Shown piece by piece: positions 23,070 through 31,527 of a stretch of 49,192 nucleotides of DNA. The stretch is from Planctomycetota bacterium. Lineage in GTDB: Bacteria > Planctomycetota > Planctomycetia > Pirellulales > Lacipirellulaceae. The stretch lies in assembly GCA_039190745.1 (NCBI GenBank), contig JBCCXZ010000025.1, positions 1 to 49,192 of the forward strand, read 5' to 3'. The notes beneath the pieces were generated by a model. The model saw nothing but the letters and a program-made list of their open reading frames with translations. It ran no database searches and was not told the DNA's origin. How positions within the stretch are numbered: the stretch's first letter is position 1; every line of letters starts with the position of its first letter. The position numbers were made by a program, and so were the translations under genes.

Positions 23070-23138
23070 GCCTGTCTCTTTTGGGCTTGCCAGCAGTTAC
23101 CGTTTTTTGAACCAAGCAATTGCATTGGATAAGAACCG

Positions 23139-24686
23139 ATGAAACTGATTCGTACTAGTTTGTTGCTCGCGGTTGCGGCGGCGATCGCTCCGCGGTGTTA
23201 CGCGGCGACGCCCCCGATACCAGGGATGACCAGCGGCAGCGGGAGCAATGGGATGAAGCACGTGTTGCTTTCTCAGCCGGGTCTTGGCACTGCCTTGTCG
23301 GTGCACATCGAAGACCCGCCGCCGACGCCGGTGGTGATGATGAGCGGGCACGGCACGGACTACACGTACACGCCCATGGGCGGTGAGGCGTTCCCCAACC
23401 CGGGCAAGTTCGACGTGCTGGAGGGCGTGTTCTTCAACGCCCAGCACGGCTGGCTGCCCGACGGGCCTTTCAACCTGCCGTCGGGCGGTCTGGTCTGGAT
23501 CGAACGGACAGGCGTGACGCAGCCGGCGGGGTCGGAATTAAAGGTGTATGAAGGGGGCAACGGGGCCGAGGGCATGGGCGCTTGGTCGATGGCGGAGGTC
23601 TACGCCGCGGACGGCGACATCTGGCAGTGGGACGGTGCGATGCAGCACGACTACTTCACCGCCGACACGTTGGGCGACTATTCGATGTCGTTCAACATAT
23701 ACGTGGGCGACGCGTCCGGGGTTCCGATTTCGGGATTCGCGTCGACGAGCACGACGCTCGACTTCCGGGTGGTGCCGGAACCAGGGTCGGCCGGGCTCGT
23801 TGTGCTGGGGGCCGCTGTGGTCTTCGGTCGGCGGCGTCGCGGGGCTTTCCCCGCGGCGTTGGCCGTGGTCCTTCTGCTAGGAGTGCCGAGCGGTGAATCC
23901 ACGGCCGGCTACGTGCTGCCCCAGCTGGGCGGGGGGCAGGCCGCCTGGGGCGCGGTTGCGATGAAGCACATCGACGTGTCGTTCGACGGGGTGAAACTCT
24001 CGGCGCAGATCGACGGCAGCGTGGCCACTCCGGTGCTCACACCGCTGGAAGACCCGGACGAATTCAACCCGGCCATGCCCTTCGCGGTGCTTGAGGGTAA
24101 GGCCTACAACCTGCAGTACGGCTGGAACCCCAGCGGTTTCTGGGCCCCGCCCGTGGGGACGGCCGTCTGGGTGAAGCGGCTGGCGGGGCCGGCGGAGATC
24201 GAAACCTACTTTGTTGATGGCTGGCCGTCGCTCACGCCGTACTCGCCGATCATGGGGACCGACGGGAGCTCGGACATCTGGAAGTGGGGGCTTTCGATGA
24301 CCCACAACGCCTACGCGGTTCTGAACCCGACGCAGTCGAGCTACGAAGTGGAGTACGAGCTGTATATCGGCGATGCGGTGACCGGGGCGGCCGTGCCGGG
24401 GTACGGCAGTGCGCTGAGGACGCTTGTGTTCGACGCGACGCCCGTGTTGGGTGCGGACTTTGATGGCGACGGCGACGTCGACCAGCAGGACCTGCAACGG
24501 TGGCGGGGGGACTTCGGCCTCAACGGCGACTCGGATTCCGACACCGACGGGGATTCTGATGTGGCCGATATCCTCGCTTGGCAGCGGGAGTCCAACGCCC
24601 AGGCGTCGATTGTTGCCGTGCCTGAGCCGGGTACGCTGGCGGCGGTGTTGGTTGCACTGGGGTGTTTCTTACAGCGGGCACGCTAG
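23139..24686 (+). CDS. Double PEP-CTERM surface protein with two paralogous Met/His domains and a dockerin-like repeat
   Basis: Signal peptide; internal VPEPG-TM-RRRR; terminal VPEPG-TM-QRAR; ADFDGDGDVD. Confidence 0.85.
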   Translation: MKLIRTSLLLAVAAAIAPRCYAATPPIPGMTSGSGSNGMKHVLLSQPGLGTALSVHIEDPPPTPVVMMSGHGTDYTYTPMGGEAFPNPGKFDVLEGVFFNAQHGWLPDGPFNLPSGGLVWIERTGVTQPAGSELKVYEGGNGAEGMGAWSMAEVYAADGDIWQWDGAMQHDYFTADTLGDYSMSFNIYVGDASGVPISGFASTSTTLDFRVVPEPGSAGLVVLGAAVVFGRRRRGAFPAALAVVLLLGVPSGESTAGYVLPQLGGGQAAWGAVAMKHIDVSFDGVKLSAQIDGSVATPVLTPLEDPDEFNPAMPFAVLEGKAYNLQYGWNPSGFWAPPVGTAVWVKRLAGPAEIETYFVDGWPSLTPYSPIMGTDGSSDIWKWGLSMTHNAYAVLNPTQSSYEVEYELYIGDAVTGAAVPGYGSALRTLVFDATPVLGADFDGDGDVDQQDLQRWRGDFGLNGDSDSDTDGDSDVADILAWQRESNAQASIVAVPEPGTLAAVLVALGCFLQRAR

Positions 24687-24747
24687 TGCCACTCGCCTAC
24701 TTGGCCCCTGGCCACTGGCCGGGGGCTAAATGAAACGCCAAGGCGCT

Positions 24748-25995
24748 TTACTTGAAACGGTCCTGGACGCGGTCGACGATCAGCTCGCCGATGTTGAGCG
24801 ACGCCGTTGCGGCCGGGGAGGGGGCGTTGACGACGTTCACCACGCGGTCGGTCTGGGCGATGTGGAAGTCGTCGACCATCGCGCCGTCGGGCGTGACGGC
24901 CTGGGCGCGGACGCCCGCGGGGACGGCCTTGAGGTGCTCTTCGCGGATGTCGGGCAGCAGGCGGGCCAGGGCTTTGACAAAGGCCCGCTTGCTGACGCTC
25001 CGCCACATCTCGCCGGCGCCGATCTTCCAGTACTTCACGGCGAGCTTGAGGAAGCCGGGGTAGGTGAGCGACTCGACCAGGTCGCGGGGGTCGACGTCGG
25101 TCTTCTCGTAGCCCTCGCGTGCCCAGGCGAGCACGGCGTTGGGGCCGCACTCGACGCCGCCGTGGATCATCCGCGTGAAGTGGACGCCGAGGAAGGGGAA
25201 CTCGGGGTCGGGGACGGGGTAGATGAGGTTGCGGACCAGGTGCTCGGCGTCGGGGACGAGCTCGAAGTACTCGCCGCGGAAGGGGATGATCTTGGCGCCG
25301 GTGTCCTGGCCGCTGAGTTTCGCGACGCGGTCGCTGTGCAGGCCGGCGCAGTTGACGACCTGTTTCGCTTGCAGCTCGCCGATGGCGGTTTGGAGGACGA
25401 CGCCCCACTTCTCGGTGCGGATGTTGGAGACGGCGGCTCCGAGCCAGACCTCGCCGCCGCGCTCGCGGATGAGTTCGCCGAGGCGGAGGCAGACTTGCTT
25501 GTAGTCGACGATGCCCGACTCGGGGACGTGGATCGCCTGGATGCCGGCGGCGTGGGGTTCGAGCTCGCGGAGCGTATCGCGGTCGACCATGCGGCAGTTG
25601 ACGCCGTTCTCCTGGCCGCGGCTGTAGATGTTCTCCAGCGCGGGGAGCTCGGTTTCGTCGAGGGCGACGATCGCCTTGCCGCAGTTCTCGTAGGGGATGT
25701 CTTGCTCTGCGCAGAAGGCTTCCATGGCCTTCTTGCCGAGTCGGCAGTTGACGGCCTTGAGCGAGCCGGGCTTGTAGTAGATGCCGGAGTGGAGCACGCC
25801 GGAGTTGTGGCCGGTTTGGTGGGCGGCGAGGGCGGGCTCCTTTTCGACGATGGCGACCGTCGCGTCGGGGAAGCGCTGCTGGAAGCGGTAGGCGGTGGCG
25901 AGGCCGACGATGCCGCCGCCGACGACGGCGAGGTCGAAAAACTTGGTCGGGGCGTCGCCCGTGACGGTTGCTCCGGTAGGAATCATGGCTGTCAT
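24748..25995 (-). CDS. lhgO: L-2-hydroxyglutarate oxidase
   Basis: [58 protein letters not shown]. Confidence 0.9.
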   Translation of the reverse strand: MTAMIPTGATVTGDAPTKFFDLAVVGGGIVGLATAYRFQQRFPDATVAIVEKEPALAAHQTGHNSGVLHSGIYYKPGSLKAVNCRLGKKAMEAFCAEQDIPYENCGKAIVALDETELPALENIYSRGQENGVNCRMVDRDTLRELEPHAAGIQAIHVPESGIVDYKQVCLRLGELIRERGGEVWLGAAVSNIRTEKWGVVLQTAIGELQAKQVVNCAGLHSDRVAKLSGQDTGAKIIPFRGEYFELVPDAEHLVRNLIYPVPDPEFPFLGVHFTRMIHGGVECGPNAVLAWAREGYEKTDVDPRDLVESLTYPGFLKLAVKYWKIGAGEMWRSVSKRAFVKALARLLPDIREEHLKAVPAGVRAQAVTPDGAMVDDFHIAQTDRVVNVVNAPSPAATASLNIGELIVDRVQDRFK

Positions 25996-25998
25996 AGA

Positions 25999-26496
25999 CT
26001 AGTAGTGGCTGCCGGACTTGCGGGTGTGGGTCATGGGGGGGCGGTCTTCGATCAGGCGGCCGCGGACGACGCGGGCGAGGAAGACGCGGTGGTCGCCGGA
26101 GTCGGCGTGGGAGGTTGGTTCGCACTCGAGGTGGCCGACGCAGTCGTCGAGCACCGGCACGCCGCGGGCGCAGAGGGTGGTGGCGACGCCCTCGAAGGCG
26201 GGCTCGTCGGGCTCGAATCCGGCTCCGAAGTGCTTGAGCAGGTCGAACTGCTTTTCGGCGACGACGTTGAGGACGAAGGGCTCGCCGGCGGTGAGCCAGT
26301 CGCAGAGGTACCGGCCCTGCTTGACGGCAACGGAGACCATCGGCGGGTCGAAGCCGGCCTGCATGACCCAGCTAGCGAGCATGCCGGTGGCGCGGTCGCC
26401 GGTGCCGGCGGTGAGGATGTAGATGCCGCTGGCGACGCGGCCGAGGACGGCGTCGTGCTCGGGCTTGGGTTCGTTCTCTTGAGATTCCTCGGGCAT
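25999..26496 (-). CDS. Flavin reductase-like protein
   Basis: SGIYILT, MLASWVMQAGFDPP, GDHRVFLARV. Confidence 0.88.
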   Translation of the reverse strand: MPEESQENEPKPEHDAVLGRVASGIYILTAGTGDRATGMLASWVMQAGFDPPMVSVAVKQGRYLCDWLTAGEPFVLNVVAEKQFDLLKHFGAGFEPDEPAFEGVATTLCARGVPVLDDCVGHLECEPTSHADSGDHRVFLARVVRGRLIEDRPPMTHTRKSGSHY

Positions 26497-26507
26497 CTGG
26501 CGTTTCC

Positions 26508-26810
26508 TTACTTGGTGTCAGCGAGCTTCTCTTGCACGCTCTGCACTTTGGACTTGAGGCGCCCCGAGTGGCCGGGGCGGTAGTCGAGCTTGGCGGCGCA
26601 AGACACCCGGCCGGCGGATTGGGCGGTGTGCTCCATGCAGCGGCGCATCAGTTCGAGCACCTGGTCGAGCTCCCCCTCGACGATGGTGCCCATCGAGTGC
26701 AGCTCGTAATCGAGCCCGCTCTGGTCGACGAGCCGGACGCACTCGGCGACGTGGCGGCTGACGCTCTCGCCGGCGCCGAGCGGGGTGATGCTCATTTCGA
26801 GGAGGACCAT
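26508..26810 (-). CDS. MTH1187/thiamine-binding family protein
   Basis: LEMSITPLG.GESVS..VA, SGLDYELHSMGTIVEG, KLDYR. Confidence 0.88.
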   Translation of the reverse strand: MVLLEMSITPLGAGESVSRHVAECVRLVDQSGLDYELHSMGTIVEGELDQVLELMRRCMEHTAQSAGRVSCAAKLDYRPGHSGRLKSKVQSVQEKLADTK

Positions 26811-27033
26811 GAGGGAAGCTAGTGGGAGTGGGAGTTGTGAGGGTTTTGGCTTTGGGCACGAAAACGGCTACACGCGGCGATATGCCTAAACTCTGTTGTT
26901 TTGTCCGCTTCTATGGTTGGTCCGCGCTTGGTTACTCGAGAAACCGTGTGGATGGGGCGGTCTTAATAATTCGAGTTTGCGTCATTCGAGGTCGAGTTTT
27001 CGGTGACGGAACTTGGCGGCTGCTCTGGTTACG

Positions 27034-27064
27034 GGGTTCCGGCCGGCCTTAGGCCGGCGGCTAC
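27034..27064 (-). repeat. GTAG-type REP-like hairpin
   Basis: Minus strand GTAGCCG-CCGGCCT-A-AGGCCGG-CCGG; a related CTAGCCGCCGAG hairpin lies at about 42250-42276. Confidence 0.45.
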
Positions 27065-27185
27065 TGGGGGTTTGAGGGGAGGGCTGAGAAACCTCTTATT
27101 TAGCAGGAAAAGTGGCCACTCGCTACGACGGGCTGATCGCTTGCGGGGAGTGACGAGTCAGCCGGCACGGCTCTACAATGCCGGC

Positions 27186-27842
27186 ATGTCAAGACTGCGG
27201 GAATACTCGCTGTTTCTGAAGGAGTACCGGGCGTCGTTCCACGACACGGGGTCGCTGGTGCCCAGCGGGCGGGCGTTGTGCCGGGAGCTGGCGAGCCGGT
27301 TGGCGGCGGACGGGCATTCGGGACGGCGGATCCTGGAAGCGGGGCCGGGCACCGGGGTCGTTACGCGGCAGTTGTTGCCGCTGCTGCGGGAGGGCGACCG
27401 GCTGACGATCGTGGAGCTAAACCCGAAGTTCGTCGCGCTGCTGCGGGAGAAGTTCGCCTCCGGCGGGGAGTGGGAACGGCACGCCGACGCTGTGGAAGTG
27501 CTCGAGATGCCGATCCAGGAGCTCAACGGCGAACCGCGGTTCGATTACGTGGTGTCGAGCCTGCCGCTGAGCAACTTTGCTTGCGAGCTGATCGAGACGA
27601 TCTTCGCTACGTTCCACCAGGTGGCGGCCGAAGGGGCGGAGCTGAGCTTCTTCGAGTACGCCGGGCTGAGGCGGGTGAAGGGGCTGTTCGTCGACCGCGC
27701 CGAGCGGCTGCGGCTGTCGGGGGTCGACCGGGTGTTCGCCGAGGAGTTTGCGCGGAGCGAGTTCGGGCGTCAGCTGGTGCTGGCGAACTTCCCGCCGGCG
27801 TTCGTGCACCACTTGAGCCTCGGAAAACAAAGCACGGATTAG
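27186..27842 (+). CDS. Class I SAM-dependent methyltransferase, phospholipid/ornithine-lipid N-methyltransferase-like
   Basis: TGSLVPSGRAL, ILEAGPGTG, VELNP.F, VVSSLP, FFEY, NFPPAFV. Confidence 0.8.
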   Translation: MSRLREYSLFLKEYRASFHDTGSLVPSGRALCRELASRLAADGHSGRRILEAGPGTGVVTRQLLPLLREGDRLTIVELNPKFVALLREKFASGGEWERHADAVEVLEMPIQELNGEPRFDYVVSSLPLSNFACELIETIFATFHQVAAEGAELSFFEYAGLRRVKGLFVDRAERLRLSGVDRVFAEEFARSEFGRQLVLANFPPAFVHHLSLGKQSTD

Positions 27843-27907
27843 GAACACTAATTGACGCTAATCTGCGCTAATCCGGATTAGTGATGATTAGAGGTGATTA
27901 GTGTTCC
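27842..27907. repeat. GGAACACTAAT...ATTAGTGTTCC palindromic element, copy 1
   Basis: Long hairpin centred on CTAATCCGGATTAG; second copy at 40920-40975. Confidence 0.8.
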
Positions 27908-27931
27908 CTCTTGCTGGCAGTTCAAGAAAGT

Positions 27932-28972
27932 ATGGGTTTGGTTCGCATCCTGGCCATTGAGACGACGTGCGATGAGACCGCTGCGGCGGTGGTGACGGAC
28001 GGGTTGGAGGTGCTCTCGTCGGTCGTCGCTTCGCAGCACGAGCTGCATCAGCGGTTTGGCGGGGTGGTGCCGGAAATTGCTTCGCGGGCGCACGTGGAGC
28101 GGATTGTGCCGGCGATCGACGCGGCGATGCGCGAAGCGGGCGTGGAGTTCGACCAGTTGGACGCGGTGGCGGTGGCCAACCGGCCGGGGCTGGCCGGGTC
28201 GCTGCTGGTGGGGCTGATGGCCGCCAAGACGCTGTGCCTGGTGCACGGGCTGCCGCTGGTGGCGGTGAACCATTTGCAGTCGCACATCTATGCCTGCCGG
28301 ATGGCGACGGGGCGGGACGTGTTCCCGTGCGTGGGGCTGATTGTGAGCGGCGGGCACTCGAACCTGTACGTGTGCGAGACGCCGACCGACTTCCGGCCGC
28401 TGGGCGGGACGATCGACGACGCTGCGGGGGAGGCATTCGACAAAGTGGCGTCGATGCTGGGTCTGCCGTACCCGGGCGGGCCGGCGATCGAAGCGGCTGC
28501 GGAGAACGGCGACGCAACGCGGTACCTGCTGCCGCGCCCGCTGGTGGACGACCGGGAACGGCTGGACTTCAGTTTCAGCGGGCTGAAGACGGCGGTGCGC
28601 TATCAACTCTTCGGGCCGGGTCGTCCACCGACAGGCGAGCAGGCCGGACTCGGCAAACAGACCGTGGCGGACATGGCGGCGAGCTTCCAGGCGGCGGTGG
28701 CCGGCTGTTTGGCGGCGAAGTCGGTGTTGGCCTTAGAGCGGACGGGCTTCGATCGGTTGTGCGTGGGCGGCGGCGTTGCGGCCAATAACGCGGTGCGAAC
28801 GGCGCTGGAGGCTGCGTGCAATACACGCGGCGCGGAGTTGATCGTGCCGCCGCTGGAGTTCTGCACCGACAACGCGATGATGCACGCGATTGCTGTGGAG
28901 AGGTTCCAGGCAGGATTGTTTGAGGAGTTGGACCTGGATATCTCGGCGGGGGTGGAGCGGCCGGCTTCCTAG
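27932..28972 (+). CDS. tsaD: tRNA N6-adenosine threonylcarbamoyltransferase
   Basis: ILAIETTCDETAAA, GGVVPEIASRAH, NHLQSH, VSGGHS, TIDDAAGEAFDK, FSFSGLKT, CTDNA. Confidence 0.95.
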   Translation: MGLVRILAIETTCDETAAAVVTDGLEVLSSVVASQHELHQRFGGVVPEIASRAHVERIVPAIDAAMREAGVEFDQLDAVAVANRPGLAGSLLVGLMAAKTLCLVHGLPLVAVNHLQSHIYACRMATGRDVFPCVGLIVSGGHSNLYVCETPTDFRPLGGTIDDAAGEAFDKVASMLGLPYPGGPAIEAAAENGDATRYLLPRPLVDDRERLDFSFSGLKTAVRYQLFGPGRPPTGEQAGLGKQTVADMAASFQAAVAGCLAAKSVLALERTGFDRLCVGGGVAANNAVRTALEAACNTRGAELIVPPLEFCTDNAMMHAIAVERFQAGLFEELDLDISAGVERPAS

Positions 28973-28976
28973 TGTT

Positions 28977-29051
28977 CTGTAGGGTGCCTCTCTAGGACCG
29001 ACCAAAGATCGGGTTGGCGAACGGAATCGGCCTCGGAGAGGCCTCCTACAG
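28977..29051. repeat. REPIN with degenerate left arm
   Basis: CTGTAGGGTGCCTCTCTAGGACCGA ... TCGGCCTCGGAGAGGCCTCCTACAG. Confidence 0.7.
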
Positions 29052-29080
29052 AGCTGTTGAATGGCTGCAACGCACGCACG

Positions 29081-29115
29081 AAAAAGGCGGTGCGGGCTGC
29101 GGGGCCCGCACCGCC
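29081..29115 (-). terminator. Rho-independent terminator
   Basis: Minus strand GGCGGTGCGGGC-loop-GCCCGCACCGCC-TTTTT (12-bp perfect stem). Confidence 0.85.
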
Positions 29116-29190
29116 AGGTTGCTTCTGCGGCGGCTCGATGGTGTCGTGCTTAGGTGTTGCGCAGGAAGCGGATCGCTCTCGCGGCCGACG

Positions 29191-29736
29191 CTACTGCTGG
29201 GCGTTGCGTTGGCACGAAGGGCAGTAGGACGGGCTGCTGACCGAGGCGCTGCCGCCACGGTAGAAGGCAGTCTGTGTGACCGCGGTGTCGCTCTCGCCGG
29301 TCTTGAACTTGGCGAGGGTGGCGTCCCACTCTTCGTCGGTCGTCTCGCCGGCCTTCTTGTGGAGGATGATCGACCCGGTCTTGTCGATGATCGCGCTGAA
29401 GGGGAACTGCTGGGCGCCGAACGCCTTGGCGACGCGCTGGCCGTACTCGGTCGTGGCGTCGATGCGGCAGAGCTGATACTGCTTGAGCAGGTCGGCTTCG
29501 ACGTGGTCGACGGTGGCGTCTACGGCTTCGGCAGCCTCGGACGGTTCTTCGGCCTTCTCTACGGCCTTCTCTTCAGCGGGCATCTCAAGGACGACCAGCA
29601 GCGGGCGGTCATCGTTGCGGGTGGCCTCGAGGGCCTTGCCGTAGTCGGCCTGCCAGACGACCTTCTTCGCGGGGCCGGCCTCGGCGGTGAGCGAGGTGCA
29701 GGCGATCAGTACAGCAACAATTAGAAATCGAGCCAC
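29191..29736 (-). CDS. Exported thioredoxin-like fold protein with C-terminal CPSC
   Basis: AGGAG RBS + GTG; signal peptide; WQADYGKAL..RPLLVVL; FGAQQFPFSAIIDKTG. Confidence 0.7.
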   Translation of the reverse strand: MARFLIVAVLIACTSLTAEAGPAKKVVWQADYGKALEATRNDDRPLLVVLEMPAEEKAVEKAEEPSEAAEAVDATVDHVEADLLKQYQLCRIDATTEYGQRVAKAFGAQQFPFSAIIDKTGSIILHKKAGETTDEEWDATLAKFKTGESDTAVTQTAFYRGGSASVSSPSYCPSCQRNAQQ

Positions 29737-30173
29737 GTGGTAACTCCTGGTTGGGGCCGCTCGCGAACCATTCGACCGGGCCACGGGAGGGCCATCGGGC
29801 GAGTGCATCCTGCAGGGTAAGTGTCCTGTGCGGTCAGCGGGGCCTGTCGTGAGGGGCGTTCCTAGCGGCCGCGACCTGGCGTGCGAAGGAGCACGCGACT
29901 GGGTGGGGGGAACGCCCTGCAGCGAGGTGGGAAATCCGTTTGCGGGCGCGGCCGAGGAGGAGACGTGTTTTCTGTGCGTCTCGTTCTCCGATTAGGGCGA
30001 AATCCTAGAGGGCGCTCCGACCGATGACAACCGTCTGGCCAAACGGCGCAAGACTTAGGGCTTGGTTTCGCCGATGAGCCAATCGCGATCCGCACCGTAA
30101 ACCACATGAATTCATGTACTTACGGCCTGTGTTGCCCAGCTTACGGAAACCGTAAGTCGATAGCAGATTGCCG

Positions 30174-31337
30174 CTATTCTGTGCCCAAACGGACCTGCAC
30201 TTCCATTTCGCGGCCCTCGCGGAGGATGGTGAGGCTGACGGTGTCGCCGGGTTCGCACTCCAAGATTTTGTCGCGGAACTGGACGCCAGAGCGCATGGGT
30301 TGCCCGTCGACCGAGAGGATGCGGTCGGCGTAGGAGCGGTCGACCTTGGGCGGCAGTTCGTAGATGACGCCGCCGCGTTGGACGCGTTGCTTGATGACGC
30401 GGAAGCCCCGCAGGCCGGCCTCGTCGGCGGGTCCCCCGGGCACGAGTCGGCGGAGCACAAGCCCTTCTGCGGTCTGTACGACGTCGACGATGCCGAGGCT
30501 GGCTCGGACGACCCTGCCGTGCTCGATCAGGTCGGGGAGCATATTCTTGATGCGGTCGACGGGGATGGCGAATCCGATGCCGGCGCTATCGCCGGAGCGG
30601 GTAGCGATGGCGACGCACATGCCGATCATGCGGCCGGCGGTGTCGAGGAGCGGCCCGCCGGAGTTGCCGGGGTTCATCGCGGCGTCGGTCTGGATGATCG
30701 ATCGCATCTCGAAGTCTTCCACACGGCTGGGCAGGTTGCGGTTGAGGCTGGAAATGATGCCTGTGGTGAGCGTGCCCTCTAGCCCGAAAGGGTTTCCGAG
30801 GACGTAGGCGCGTTGGCCGACGCGGAGGTTGCTCGACGTGCCGACGGTGATGGGGACGAGCCGATCGGGGGGGGCGTCGATCCGCAAGACGGCAACGTCC
30901 TGCTCCTTGTCGACGCCAACCACTTGGGCGGGGAAGGACTCGTCGCCCATGGTGACCTCGATCGCCTCGGCGTCTTCGACGACGTGGAAGTTGGTAACGA
31001 TATGGCCCTGGCGGTCGATGACTGCCCCGGAGCCGGAGCCCTCGGCCTGGCGAGCGATGCGGAAGAAGTTGTCGACGATCTGGGTGGTGCGGGTGTTGAT
31101 GTTCACCACGCTGGGGTTGGCGATCTGGTAAACCCGGATGTTGGTCTCTTCCTCCGGAGTGGCGGGGGCAGGGCCGAGAGCCTGGCCAGACGCTGCATCC
31201 GCGGTGAGGTAGGGCGACGGGATGACCGTGGACTGGGCTAGGGCGGAAGGCGTGACGCCATCGTCAGTCAGCAGGTGGCGGCCTGCGAAGGCGCCAAGCA
31301 GGACGCAGGCGAGGCAGAGGGGTGCGGTGCGTTTCAT
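30174..31337 (-). CDS. HtrA/DegP-like S1C serine protease with PDZ domain
   Basis: IVTNFHVV, DVAVLRI, IQTDAAMNPGNSGGPL, PGGPADEAGL. Confidence 0.93.
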   Translation of the reverse strand: MKRTAPLCLACVLLGAFAGRHLLTDDGVTPSALAQSTVIPSPYLTADAASGQALGPAPATPEEETNIRVYQIANPSVVNINTRTTQIVDNFFRIARQAEGSGSGAVIDRQGHIVTNFHVVEDAEAIEVTMGDESFPAQVVGVDKEQDVAVLRIDAPPDRLVPITVGTSSNLRVGQRAYVLGNPFGLEGTLTTGIISSLNRNLPSRVEDFEMRSIIQTDAAMNPGNSGGPLLDTAGRMIGMCVAIATRSGDSAGIGFAIPVDRIKNMLPDLIEHGRVVRASLGIVDVVQTAEGLVLRRLVPGGPADEAGLRGFRVIKQRVQRGGVIYELPPKVDRSYADRILSVDGQPMRSGVQFRDKILECEPGDTVSLTILREGREMEVQVRLGTE

Positions 31338-31473
31338 GACGTCGCGGCGGTTTTTCGCAAGGTTTTTGTTATCAATTGGTTAGGACCACTTCAGGCGTCC
31401 GCGAACCGAGCCCGCTGACGACTAGTCAGTACGATTTTCGGGCGGTCGTGGTTCTTCGGCAAGAGAAACCGTC

Positions 31474-31498
31474 ATCGGCCTGGAGAGGCCTCCCACAG
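31474..31498 (-). repeat. Single REP
   Basis: ATCGGCCTGGAGAGGCCTCCCACAG. Confidence 0.75.
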
Positions 31499-31527
31499 AC
31501 GGGCAGACTGCGAACAGGCCGCAGCGT

